From positions 5,518,001 through 5,582,000 of the forward strand of contig CATNEN010000029.1 of the NCBI GenBank assembly GCA_950097015.1: a DNA stretch of 64,000 nucleotides. The letters are read 5' to 3'. Positions 34,903 to 46,895 of this stretch are shown in pieces. Both the position numbers and the translations under genes were made by a program. A model generated the notes under the pieces. That model was not told where the DNA came from, ran no database searches, and saw only the letters and a program-made list of their open reading frames with translations. The first letter of the stretch is position 1, and each line of letters starts with the position of its first letter. This DNA is from Macrostomum hystrix (lineage: Eukaryota > Animalia > Platyhelminthes).

Positions 34903-36160
34903 CAATGAACCCCCAGTTGACAATGATCCCCCAGTTGACAATGATCCCCCAGTTGACAATGAACCCCCAGTTGACAATGAACCCCCAGTTGACAACGATC
35001 CCCCAGTTGACAATGATCCCCCATTTGACAATGATCCCCCAGTTGACAATGATCCCACAGTTGACAATGATCCCCCAGTTGACAAAGATCCCCCAGTTCA
35101 CAATGATCACCCAGTTGATGATGATCCCCCAGTTGATGATGATCCCCCAGTTGAAAATGATCCCCCAGTTGACAATGATCCCCCAGTTGACAATGATCCC
35201 CCAGTTAACAAAGATCCCCCAGTTCACAATGATCCCCCAGTTGATGAAGTCTCCCCATTGATGATGATCCCCAGTTAACAATGTTCCTCCATTTGACAAT
35301 GTTCCCCCAGTTGACAATGATCCCCCAGTTGATGATGATCACCCAGTTGACAATGATCCCCCAGTTGACAATGATCCCCCAGTTGACAATGATCCCCCAG
35401 TTGACAATGATCCTCCAGTTGATGATGATCCCCCAGTTGAAAATGATCCCCCAGTTGACAATGATCCCCCAGTTGAGAATGATCCCCCAGTTGACAATGA
35501 TCCCCCAGTTAACAAAGATCCCCCAGTTCACAATGGTCCCCCAGTTGATGAAGTCTCCCCATTGATGATGATCCCTAGTTAACAATGTTCCTCCAGTTGA
35601 CAATGTTCCCCCAGTTGACAATGATCCCCCAGTTGACAACGATCCCCCAGTTGACAATGATCCCCCAGTTGACAATGATCCCCCAGTTGACAATGATCCC
35701 ACAGTATACAATGATCCCCCAGTTGACAAAGATCCCCCAGTTCACAATGATCCCCCAGTTGACAAAGATCCCCCAGTTCTCAATGATCCCCCAGTTGATG
35801 ATGATCCCCAGTTGATGATGATTCCCCAGTTGACAATTATCCCCCAGTTGACCATTACCCCCCAGTTGACAATGATCTCTCAGTTCACAATGATCCCCCA
35901 GTTGACAATGATCCCCCAGTTGACAATGAACCCCCAGTTGACAATGAACCCCCAGTTGACAAAGATCCCCCAGTTGACAATGATCCCCCATTTGACAATG
36001 ATCCCCCAGTTGACAATGATCCCCCAGTTGACAATGATCCCCCAGTTGACAATGATCCCCCAGTTGACAATGATCCCCCAGTCGACAATTATCCCCCAGT
36101 TTACCATGATCCCCCAGTTCACCATGATCCCCATTTTGATGATGACTCCCCAGTTGACGT
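34903..36160. repeat. Minisatellite, 18 bp ATGATCCCCCAGTTGACA x~68, upstream of SLK ATG
   Basis: Tandem copies. Confidence 0.97.
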
Positions 36161-36174
36161 TGATTTTTCAAACG

Positions 36175-39100
36175 CTGGGTTAGCCAAGATTCAAACTCAG
36201 GTTTCGCCATGTTTTAAACCCTGGTGGGCTATGATTCAAACTCTCGTTTTGCCATGATTCAGACTCTGGTTGGCTATGATTCAAACTCTGGTTTAGCCAA
36301 GATTCAAACTCTGGTTGGCTATGATTCAAACTCTGGTTTAGCCATGATTCAAACGCTGGGTTAGCCATGATTGAAACTCGGTTTTTGCCATGATTCAAAC
36401 TCTGGTTTAGCCATGATTCAAACGCTGGGTTAGCCATGATTGAAACTCTGGTTTAGCCAAGATTCAAACTCTGGTTTAGCCATGATTCAGACTCTGGTTT
36501 AGCCATGATTCAAACTCTGGTGTAGCCATTATTCAAACTCTGGTTTAGCCATGATTCAAACTCTAGTTTAGCCATGATTCAGACTCTGGTTTAGCCATGA
36601 TTCAAACTCTGGTGTAGCCATTATTCAAACTCTGGTTTAGCCATGATTCAAACTCTAGTTTAGCCATGCTGATGATGATGGTTTAGCCATGATTCAAACT
36701 CTAGTTTAGCCATGCTGATGATGATGGTTTAGCCATGATTTAGTCTCTGGTTTAGCCATGATTCAAACTCTGGTTTAGCCATGATTCAGACGCTGGTTTA
36801 GCCATGATTCAAACTCTGGTGTTGCCAATATTCAAACTCTGGTTTAGCCATGATTCAAACTCTGGTTTAGCCATGATTCAGACGCTGGTTTAGCCATGAT
36901 TCAGACTCTGGTTTAGCCATGATTCAAACTCTGGTTTAGCCATGGTTCAAACTCTGGTTTAGCCATGATTCAGACTCTAGTTTAGCCATGATTCAGACTC
37001 TGGTTTAGCCATGATTCAGACTCTAGTTTAGCCATGATTCAGACTCTGGTTTAGCCATGATTCAGACTCTGGTTTAGCCATGATTCAGACTCTATTTTAG
37101 CAATGATTCAGACTATGGTTTAGCCATGATTCAGACTCTAGGTTAGCCATGATTCAAACGTTGGTTTAGCCATGATTCAGACTCTGGTTTAGCCATGACT
37201 CAAACTCTGGTTTAGCCATGATTCAAACTCTGGTTTAGCCATGATTCAAACTCTGGTTTAGCCATGATTCAAACTCTGGTTTAGCCATGATTCAAACTCT
37301 GGTTAAGCCATGATTCAAACTCTGGTTTAGCCATGATTCAAACTCTGGTTTAGCCATGATTCCGACTCTGGTTTAGCCATGATTCAGACTCTGGTTTAGC
37401 CATGATTCAAACTCTGCTTTAGCCATGATTCAGACGCTGGTTTAGCCATGATTCAGACTCTGGTTTAGCCAAGATTCAAACTCTAGTTTAGCCATGATTC
37501 AAGATCTGGTTTAGCCATGATTCAAACTCTGGTTTAGCCATGATTCAGACTCTATTTTAGCAATGATTCAGACTATGGTTTAGCCATGATTCAGACTCTA
37601 GGTTAGCCATGATTCAAACGTTGGTTTAGCCATGATTCAGACTCTGGTTTAGCCATGACTCAAACTCTGGTTTAGCCATGATTCAAACTCTGGTTTAGCC
37701 ATGATTCAAACTCTGGTTTAGCCATGATTCAAACTCTGGTTTAGCCATGATTCAAACTCTGGTTAAGCCATGATTCAAACTCTGGTTTAGCCATGATTCA
37801 AACTCTGGTTTAGCCATGATTCAGACTCTGGTTTAGCCATGATTCAGACTCTGGTTTAGCCATGATTCAAACTCTGCTTTAGCCATGATTCAGACGCTGG
37901 TTTAGCCATGATTCAGACTCTGGTTTAGCCAAGATTCAAACTCTAGTTTAGCCATGATTCAAGATCTGGTTTAGCCATGATTCAAACTCTGGTTTAGCCA
38001 TGATTCAAACTCTGGTTTAGCCATGATTCAAACTCTGGTTAAGCCATGATTCAGACTCTGGTTTAGCCATGATTCAAACTCTGCTTTAGCCATGATTCAG
38101 ACGCTGGTTTAGCCATGATTCAGACTCTGGTTTAGCCATGATTCAAACTCTGGTTTAGCCATGATTCAGACTCTATTTTAGCAATGATTCAGACTATGGT
38201 TTAGCCATGATTCAGACTCTAGGTTAGCCATGATTCAAACGTTGGTTTAGCCATGATTCAGACTCTGGTTTAGCCATGACTCAAACTCTGGTTTAGCCAT
38301 GATTCAAACTCTGGTTTAGCCATGATTCAAACTCTGGTTTAGCCATGATTCAAACTCTGGTTTAGCCATGATTCAAACTCTGGTTAAGCCATGATTCAAA
38401 CTCTGGTTTAGCCATGATTCAAACTCTGGTTTAGCCATGATTCAGACTCTGGTTTAGCCATGATTCAGACTCTGGTTTAGCCATGATTCAAACTCTGCTT
38501 TAGCCATGATTCAGACGCTGGTTTAGCCATGATTCAGACTCTGGTTTAGCCATGATTCAAACTCTAGTTTAGCCATGATTCAAGATCTGGTTTAGCCATG
38601 ATTCAAACTCTGGTGTAGCCATTATTCAAACTCTGGTTTAGCCATGATTCAAACTCTAGTTTAGCCATGCTGATGATGATGGTTTAGCCATGATTCAAAC
38701 TCTAGTTTAGCCATGCTGATGATGATGGTTTAGCCATGATTTAGTCTCTGGTTTAGCCATGATTCAAACTCTGGTTTAGCCATGATTCAGACGCTGGTTT
38801 AGCCATGATTCAAACTCTGGTGTTGCCAATATTCAAACTCTGGTTTAGCCATGATTCAAACTCTGGTTTAGCCATGATTCAGACGCTGGTTTAGCCATGA
38901 TTCAGACGCTGGTTTAGCCATGATTCAAACTCTGGTTTAGCCATGGTTCAAACTCTGGTTTAGCCATGATTCAGACTCTAGTTTAGCCATGATTCAGACT
39001 CTGGTTTAGCCATGATTCAGACTCTAGTTTAGCCATGATTCAGACTCTGGTTTAGCCATGATTCAGACTCTGGTTTAGCCATGATTCAGACTCTATTTTA

Positions 39101-39840
39101 GCAATGATTCAGACTATGGTTTAGCCATGATTCAGACTCTAGGTTAGCCATGATTCAAACGTTGGTTTAGCCATGATTCAGACTCTGGTTTAGCCATGAC
39201 TCAAACTCTGGTTTAGCCATGATTCAAACTCTGGTTTAGCCATGATTCAAACTCTGGTTTAGCCATGATTCAAACTCTGGTTTAGCCATGATTCAAACTC
39301 TGGTTAAGCCATGATTCAGACTCTGGTTTAGCCATGATTCAAACTCTGCTTTAGCCATGATTCAGACGCTGGTTTAGCCATGATTCAGACTCTGGTTTAG
39401 CCATGATTCAAACTCTAGTTAAGCCATGATTCAGACTCTGGTTTAGCCATGATTCAAACTCTGGTTTAGCCATGATTCAGACGCTGGTTTAGCCATGATT
39501 CAGACTCTGGTTTAGCCATGATTCAAACTCTGGTTTAGCCATGATTCAAACTCTGGTTAAGCCATGATTCAGACTCTGGTTTAGCCATGATTCAAACTCT
39601 GGTTTAGCCATGATTCAGACTCTGGTTTAGCCATGATTCAAACTCTGGTTTAGCCATGATTCAAACTCTGGTTTAGCCATGATTCAAACTCTGGTTTAGC
39701 CATGATTCAAACTCTGGTTTAGCCATGATTCAAACTCTGGTTTAGCAATGATTCAGACTCTGGTTTAGCCATGATTCAGACGCTGGTTTAGCCATGATTC
39801 AAGCTCTATTTTTGCCATGATTCAAATTCAGGTTTGCTAT
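36175..39840. repeat. Satellite, 23 bp CTGGTTTAGCCATGATTCAAACT x~158 with higher-order repeats
   Basis: Variant units recur at spacings of 460, 621, 920 and 2001 bp, all multiples of 23. Confidence 0.97.
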
Positions 39841-40149
39841 GATTTATGATATTTTATTTACGAAATGAAAAAAATAAATCAAAATAATCTTCAATCACTA
39901 CTGGCTGAAAATTAGTCTAAATGATTTGACGCAGTGCAGAATCGAACCCTAGCCTAGCCTAACTTATTCCTAGTGCCTAACACATCGGCTATTCCGACTG
40001 TTGGTTAGTGGGTGCAGAAATCAGCCTTATAAAATGAATTCTCAAAGTTCTGGCTTTGTACAATGAAGTAAGAAAATAGAGTACACTCAGTCTCGCGGTT
40101 GGTTGTGTACATTTATTTCCAATTTGTCTCCAGAGTGCAGGCTTCAAAT

Positions 40150-40395
40150 TCAATCAGCTAGGGGTTGTTGCGCAATTTGACGATGCAATTCTAATTCAGT
40201 GGCAGTGAGTGGTTTGACCTTTGAATTTGACCTTTGAAAAATCATGTTTTTCGAATATTTAATCCCCTTAGCAATAAAGTTAAGCTTAATAAAAATACGT
40301 GTACAATTGTCCCCATATTTAGCATCTTTTGGTGAAGAAATGGTGAAAATCGGTTGAGCCGTTCGGGAGAAAATCAATTACAAGCAACCAACCAT
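40150..40395 (+). mobile_element. Helitron/HINE (DINE-1-like) non-autonomous remnant
   Basis: The end AAAATCGGTTGAGCCGTTCGGGAG...CAACCAACC.TTTCATTTTTAGTATAGTGGAT resembles recalled HINE termini, with a CGG-loop-CCG hairpin. Confidence 0.4.
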
Positions 40396-41867
40396 TTCAT
40401 TTTTAGTATAGTGGATGGTCTATATGCACATTATGTAATGCACAAAGATTATGCAAAAAACTCAGCCCCTATATGATTATGATTGCCTATATAATTTTTT
40501 TACAATTTTTTAATATAAAGCGAATATACTACAAAAATAGCAGGAAACTAAGAATATCTCCAAAAAATCTTTATTTAGCTGTTTCTCTTCCTTATTGCTT
40601 ATTTAGATATCCTTGAAACAAGTTTTTAATTAATAGCATTAAAAGTAGCGTAATGTAAGATTATTTGTAGCAAAAAGTACAGTTTAAATATTCTAAGTAA
40701 GTAAAAAATCACACCAACGCGGTTGCAAATTTATTCAGTGGGAAAGTTCCATCAATGTTCTCGATAGATTATTTCAACGCAACTCTTAAATAGAAAATTA
40801 CTTCATGATTATTTCTTACAAAATGTGTAATTTGAATTTTAGACGGAGAAGGAGCGCATTATAAGTTGGGTGACAGCTAAAATGCACGAATAAAAAAATA
40901 AATACATTTTTAATTGTCTTTTTTGCTATATTAAAGCAGTTTTTTTTCGTCAAGTTTATTTTGCATGTTCAAACAAAATCGTCAGATACCGCTGCCCGCC
41001 ACGAACAACTGTCAGTGGTCTTTGTCTTAAACTTCATTCTTTATTCATACCTATAGTTGTAAAATTTCCTAGTAAAACATATATCAGCAGTAAAAATGTG
41101 GTAGATCATCGTATATAAAACGAGTTGTTGTATGTTATAAGCGAATATTAATTATTATATTCGTAATAATTAAATGTACGCCTGCGAATATATAAATGTA
41201 TTGGTTACAATGTTTAAGAAAATTCCAATCGGAATATTAATATAACATTTTGCTAACCCGTGCTCAAGTTAACAAATATATATGTTGCGCATTCGACAAC
41301 TATCTCAACTATGTCTTATATAGCAAGACAACTATATAAAATGCATAAATTCTATCGACTTACAGTCACTAGTAAGCAAATTATAGACAATCATGAAATA
41401 AATTTTACAGGTCTTTTTATCCTAGCGATAAAAAATAGTATTTCTTTAGAACTCAGAACCACTCTGTGTCTAACAAAAAGAGAAAGAAAATTTTTCAGCA
41501 CGAATTTTTTATTTAGTACTCGTGTATTACTCGCGTAAACACGTACAGTTTTTTATACTTTTTTAACATTGGTTTTTCTGGTACGAACAGTCGCTTTTTG
41601 CAATGCTAAGCAAAAAATTCCCCATACGAGTAAAAATATAGGACAAGTCTGTCAAATGTAGCTGAATATTTTAATGCAACTGGATATTTTAATGCAGTCA
41701 TGAATACCATACAAAAATATTAGTTATGATTAAAAGTAAATGTAAAGTCCATGTGGCTTCTTGTAATTCTTGTAATTTGAATATACTGTAATGCAAACTT
41801 TTGTTTTAATCCATTATATCCGATTCAATCAGCGGCTGAACAGATATTTGCTTGACCGCCACCCGGC

Positions 41868-42779
41868 TCACTTGGCGGGGCGGAGGGCGTCCAGCACGGC
41901 GCAGATGTCGCCCTCCTTGGCCAGCAGCAGGCGGGTCAGCCAGCCTCCGTCATCGCTGAACCCCATGGCGCGCATGTGCTCCAGAGCCCTGGCCACGCGC
42001 GGGTCCAGCGATGCCTCCTGGCTGTTGCCATGCCAACCGGCTGCCGCGGATGCGGCCGCCTCCGGCCGCTCATCGGTCGCCATCGCCTCGGCGGATTGGG
42101 CAGCCGGAGGCGGAGGCTGCGGCGTCGACGCCGGCTTGGAGGCCGCGGCGGCTTCTTCGAGGTCGGCCGCTGCGGCAGCGACGGCGGCTTCGGCGGCCTC
42201 GGCAGCCTTGGCGAAGAAGTCGCCGAAGCGCGGGCCGCAGCCTCCGGGGCCGGCTCGTCGGCAGCCGCCGCCACCGCCGCGGAAGCCGCCGAAGCCGCAG
42301 TGGCCGCCGCGGCGGAAGAAGCGAGCGGCAGGAAAGTCGTCGGGCCGCCGGATGAGGATCATGGGATGCTGGCTGTGGCTGCCCGCATTCATGCAGGCTG
42401 AGCAGAGGTCAAAGTCGGGACACAGGAGGCACTTAAAGCGGTGGCCAGTCACACCCGACTCGCAGCCGTCGCACCTGACGCCCTCGTGAATGACCGTCGA
42501 TTCGCCGACGCTCACGAAGATTTTTACGGCGTCGCCAGGCTTTCCGTCCTGCCTGCCGGCGACGCTGCGAAGGGCCTCGTGCAGCTCGGCCGTCGAGCTC
42601 ATCGCCACCCGGTCGCCTTCCTCGTCCTGCCAGCGCAGCCGAATCTGCTGGGTCGGCTCGATGGAGAACGCTGCCTGCAGCTGCTCCACCAGGCTGGGGT
42701 AGTTCGCCTGCCCCGCCAGACTGAGGCGCCGGATCTCGTTGCCATAGTAACACTTGAGAGTCACGAGCGACGTAGACAT
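41868..42779 (-). CDS. SQSTM1: Sequestosome-1/p62 (PB1-ZZ-UBA), single exon, 303 aa
   Basis: PB1 (LKCYYGNEIRR...WQDEEGDRVAMSS), ZZ finger (CDGC...RFKCLLCPDFDLCSAC...H..H) and UBA (ALEHMRAMGFSDDGGWLTRLL...GDI.AVLDAL). Confidence 0.93.
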   Translation of the reverse strand: MSTSLVTLKCYYGNEIRRLSLAGQANYPSLVEQLQAAFSIEPTQQIRLRWQDEEGDRVAMSSTAELHEALRSVAGRQDGKPGDAVKIFVSVGESTVIHEGVRCDGCESGVTGHRFKCLLCPDFDLCSACMNAGSHSQHPMILIRRPDDFPAARFFRRGGHCGFGGFRGGGGGCRRAGPGGCGPRFGDFFAKAAEAAEAAVAAAAADLEEAAAASKPASTPQPPPPAAQSAEAMATDERPEAAASAAAGWHGNSQEASLDPRVARALEHMRAMGFSDDGGWLTRLLLAKEGDICAVLDALRPAK

Positions 42780-42877
42780 TGTATGCGGGAATTCGCAAAG
42801 CAGTTTTTTTAGTTGAAGCTCGTCGGTGCTGATGCTTGACGATTCTCCTTGGCTCCTTGCTGGCCAGAAGCTGCTGC

Positions 42878-42988
42878 TTTTATACTGCCTCCAGCGCTGC
42901 TACGGCCGCTGCCACGCAGCTCCTACGTTGCGGCTGCGTCGGTGATACGTTTCCGCAGGCCGTCAGTGAGAGAGACTCGGGGATTCCC
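42878..42988 (-). promoter_or_regulatory. p62 proximal promoter: TATAAAA plus kappaB-like GGGGATTCCC
   Basis: TATAAAA on the minus strand at 42884-42878, about 100 nt before the ATG. GGGGATTCCC at 42979-42988. Confidence 0.45.
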
Positions 42989-43329
42989 TGTTGTTGCTAT
43001 TTTTAGACATTGCGCACAGAGCAAGAATTGTCCGCGGTTGGTGGTTGTTCAAGTGTACACTCCTTTTTGGGGGTGGCAATTCTTAGATAGGAAGAAAAAG
43101 CTATTTTTTAACTAAGCACACGTCACGTTGCATTTTCGTTTTTTATCTCCCACAATTATTGACGGATATTGTAATAATCGTGTGCATAAAAAATAATGGC
43201 AAAAGGCACTGCTTACGGCAAAGGGTGCGTAAAAAACTCGAAATGGTTTTATTTTAAATAGAACTTAAGACAAAAATTTTCCTTGCGATTCTACCGTTAT
43301 AATCTGTTCACGCCTTTGTTTACAATCGC

Positions 43330-43868
43330 AATTTGTCTACTTTGTCTAATCTCGCTTATGTCCACTTCCGCCTTTTTCTACTCTGGCCCTTTTCTTCTCT
43401 CGCATTTGTATTCTCTCGCATTTGTATTCTCTCGCATTTGTCTTCTCTCGCCTTTTTATTCTCTCGCCTTTTTCTTCTCTCGCCTTTGTCTACTCTCGAC
43501 TTTGTCTACTCTCGCCCTTTTCTTCTTTCGCATTTGTCTTCTCTCGCCTTTGTCAACTCTCGCCCTTTTCTTCTCTCGCCTTTATCTACTCTCGCCTTTT
43601 TCTTCTCTCGCCTTTGTCTACTCTCGCCTTTGTCTACCATCGCTTTTGTCTACTCCAGCTTTTGTCAACTCTCGCCTTTGTCTTCTCTCGCCTTTGTCTA
43701 CTCTCGTCTTTGTCTACTCTCGCCTTTGTCTACTCTCGTCTTTGTCTACTCTCGCCTTTGTCTTCTCTCGCCTTTGTCTACTCTCGTCTTTGTCTACTCT
43801 CGCCTTTGTCTACTCTCGTCTTTGTCTACTCTCGTCTTTGTCTACTCTCGCCTTTGTCTACTCTCGCC
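43330..43868. repeat. Minisatellite, 16 bp CTCTCGCCTTTGTCTA, at 3' end of RING-NHL gene
   Basis: About 33 copies, overlapping the stop codon. Confidence 0.93.
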
Positions 43869-45778
43869 ATCGTCTGTCTCAAGCCCCAGATTGGCCAGGT
43901 CAAACACCAGCGCGTGACTTGCTCTAGCTCGCCTGGCCACAATGAGCCGGCCGCAGGCTGCGTCAAAGTGCACCGCCCCAATGTCGGCGTCGTTTCCGGC
44001 GTCTACGCAGCCGGGGCAGCCGCAGGCGCAGGCGAAGCCGCAGGGCAGCTCGGCCAGCCGCCGCCCGTTGGCCAGATCGCAAATGGCGACACATTTTCGA
44101 CGATTCGCGCCAACGCTGTTGACGAACAAGCAGCCGTCAACGCTGTCGCCGTCGCTACAGGCGGCCACGGCGACAGTGATAGGCGAGGTGATGTTAAATA
44201 TTAGTTCGGTGACGCCATTGTTCTTTCCGGGCTCGAGCAGATGCCGACGATCGATCACCAGCACGCAGCTGGATGCGCTGTCGGCGACGCAGACGCGACC
44301 GGCGCCAACGGCGATCGCCCTACCGTAGCGGAGTTTCGAATGTCGAAAGACGCAATCAACGTCGGCCTTGCCCTCGCCGTTGTCGTCAACAGAATTCGCT
44401 GGAACCAAACGTTGCCGGCGCCAACGAAAGGCGCGCAGCTCAGTGCCGTTCGCAGCTAGCGCGAAGACACAGTCGCCGTTACCCGAGGCGTCGGAGCAGA
44501 CAGCATTCGGCCTGGGAATTCCGGTCAGACGCTGACGGCAACGACCGTCGAGGTCGCAAACCACCAGGCGATGTCGGTAGAAGTCAGTCAGCACCACCAG
44601 CGGTCTCCCTGTGAAAACATTCGCGACGAAGCCTCAGACAAATAGCTCTAATCTGTTGCGAGAATAATCGATTACTGAGCTAAAAGTACATATTAATAAT
44701 AAAAATAATTTGCTACACTATAGACCCGCAGCCAGCGAGGTGGCAATCCTACCCATTTCGCTGACTCCTGAGCACACACGCACACAGATACTGTACGCAG
44801 GCATGCACTCACACAGGTGTGTACATCTGCCCTGACTTTCTCATCGTCAGGCAGTGTACACTCTCATTGTGCCTTGGAGGTTGGCCCTCAATGGCGTAAA
44901 TTGCGCGAAAAGCCCCCAAGCCTTCTCTCCGCGGCTGCGCCCCAAATGAATGTGGCCTCGCCGCGGAATCGAGCTTAGGGATTTTAGCGCGAGAGGCAAA
45001 CGCGATAACCGCTTTACCACCGACCCCCACAAAAAGTAAATTTTACCATCGACGCCACTGTTGTCGCCTCGGCCGCCAGGCCAGGCTAGGCAGAATCCGG
45101 AAATGGTGTACTCTTCCTCGCCTAAGTCGGGCGCAAGCACCGGTCTGGCTGTGTCGCCATCCTCGCCGGCGACAGTCGCCCACAGCCGCTGATTATTGGC
45201 GTCGCGTAGAATAGCCGCCACTCCGCTGTGCTGGCCGCCGACACCAGTTTTCGCCGTCGCCGTTGGCCAGCACTGAAAAGTGAGCGGCGGCCCGGGAAAG
45301 TGCAAAACTGCTTCTGGTCGAAGCAGCTCCTGAGATTGTCGAAGCCGACGCAGCAGCGGCACCAGGCTCAGCTGGCCCTGTCGGGCGAGGTCTTTGTTGT
45401 CGACTGACTTCGGCCACAGGCTGAGGAGATCGGCCAGGGCGGCGAGCGAGCTGCGATCAAATTTGCAGTGGATTGAATCTATTAAGCTATTTATACAAAT
45501 TATGCTACTGTAAGCAGTGCGATGCAGACATGTCCTCACTGATGCGGCGAGGTCCCGCGGCAGTGGGCCCGACACACCGGACAGCGAATCCTTGGCCTGT
45601 CGAGCCCGGCCAGTTCCCAGCCATCGCCTGGAAGGCAGCGCCGACAGACCGCGTGCTGGCAGGGCTGCAGAGACTGCGGGTCGCGGCACAACCCGCCGCA
45701 GGCTGGGCACGCGGCAAGGCCGCGAATCTCCGCCAGCACCGAGTCGCGATTGGCCGGGCGGTAGCTGCCGTCGGTCAT
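43842..45778 (-). CDS. C3HC4 RING E3 ligase with C-terminal NHL-like beta-propeller (malin/TRIM-NHL-like, no B-box seen), ~469 aa
   Basis: Exons 45778-45540, 45450-45047 and 44608-43842 total 1410 nt in frame. RING is CPAC-x11-CQH..C..C-x17-CPVC followed by HSLAALADLL. NHL-like blades: VVLTDFYRHRLVVCDLDG, PNAVCSD, GRAIAVG..RVCVADS. A likely 5'UTR intron spans 47029 to ~45824. Confidence 0.75.
44690..45028 (-). mobile_element. SINE family A filling intron 2 of RING-NHL gene
   Basis: Same head and body as the 60242-60632 copy, with an AT-rich tail. Confidence 0.85.
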
Positions 45779-45911
45779 TGCTGCCTGCCGTTGATCAGTT
45801 GATCGACTGGATGCAATTATTCTGCCAGATTAGAAAGGAAAACTCGTATATTTCCAGCAATGACTTCCTGCAGTCATTGGGAATAACCTCGACCAGTTAT
45901 TGTGAAATAAC

Positions 45912-46895
45912 TCATTGAGATGAAAGAGTGACATCCCCGAGTAATTGAAAACAATGACCTCCCCTGTCATTGAGATGAAAGAGTGACATCCCCGAGTAAT
46001 TGAAAACAATGACCTCACCTGTCATTGAGATGAAAGAGTGACATCCCCGAGTAATTGAAAACAATGACCTCCCCTGTCATTGAGATGAAAGAGTGACATC
46101 CCCGAGTAATTGAAAACAATGACCTCCCCTGTCATTGAGATGAAAGAGTGACATCCCCGAGTAATTGAAAACAATGACCTCCCCTGTCATTGAGATGAAA
46201 GAGTGACATCCCCGAGTAATTGAAAACAATGACCTCCCCTGTCATTGAGATTAAAGAATGACCTCCATCAGTCATTGTGGTGAAAAATTGACCTCTACCC
46301 AGTGTTTGAGAGGATTGACCTCTACCCAGTGTTTGAGATGATTGACCTCCCCCCAGTCTTTGAGATGATTGACCTCGCCCCCAGTGTTTGAGATGATTGA
46401 CCTCTACCCAGTGTTTGAGATGATTGACCTCTACCCAGTGGTTGAGATGATTGACCTCTACCCAGTGTTTGAGATGATTGACCTCCCCCCAGTCTTTGAG
46501 ATGATTGACCTCGCCCCCAGTGTTTGAGATGATTGACCTCGCCCCCAGTGTTTGAGATGATTGACCTCCCCCAGTGTTTGAGATGATTGACCTCGCCCCA
46601 GTGTTTGAGATGATTGACCTCGCCCCCAGTGTTTGAGATGATTGACCTCGCCCCCAGTGTTTGAGATGATTGACCTCGCCCCCAGTGTTTGAGATGATTG
46701 ACCTCGCCCCCAGTGTTTGAGATGATTGACCTCCCCCAGTGTTTGAGATGATTGACCTCGCCCCAGTGTTTGAGATGATTGACCTCGCCCCCAGTGTTTG
46801 AGATGATTGACCTCGCCCCCAGTGTTTGAGATGATTGACCTCGCCCCCAGTGTTTGAGATGATTGACCTCGCCCCCAGTGTTTGAGATGATTGAC
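45912..46895. repeat. Adjacent 55-bp (x6) and 26-28-bp (x~22) minisatellites in probable 5'UTR intron of RING-NHL
   Basis: Units CATTGAGATGAAAGAGTGACATCCCCGAGTAATTGAAAACAATGACCTCCCCTGT and AGTGTTTGAGATGATTGACCTCGCCCCC. Confidence 0.95.

Noticed and set aside
6538-39840. CRISPR-like appearance of regularly spaced 20-35 bp repeats
   Set aside because: Units are head-to-tail with no unique spacers, there are no cas genes, and the context is eukaryotic.
41791-42812. Overlapping + strand ORFs opposite p62, and similar shadow ORFs opposite MADD, NR2F, SLK and RING-NHL exons
   Set aside because: Antisense and alternate-frame ORFs are expected from GC-rich codon usage, and they carry no domain motifs.
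45508-45539. 32-nt mini-intron in the RING gene (acceptor CTTACAG)
   Set aside because: It is in phase but would add AT-rich, intron-like residues. The acceptor at 45451 gives the family-like HSLAALADLL directly, so it was preferred.
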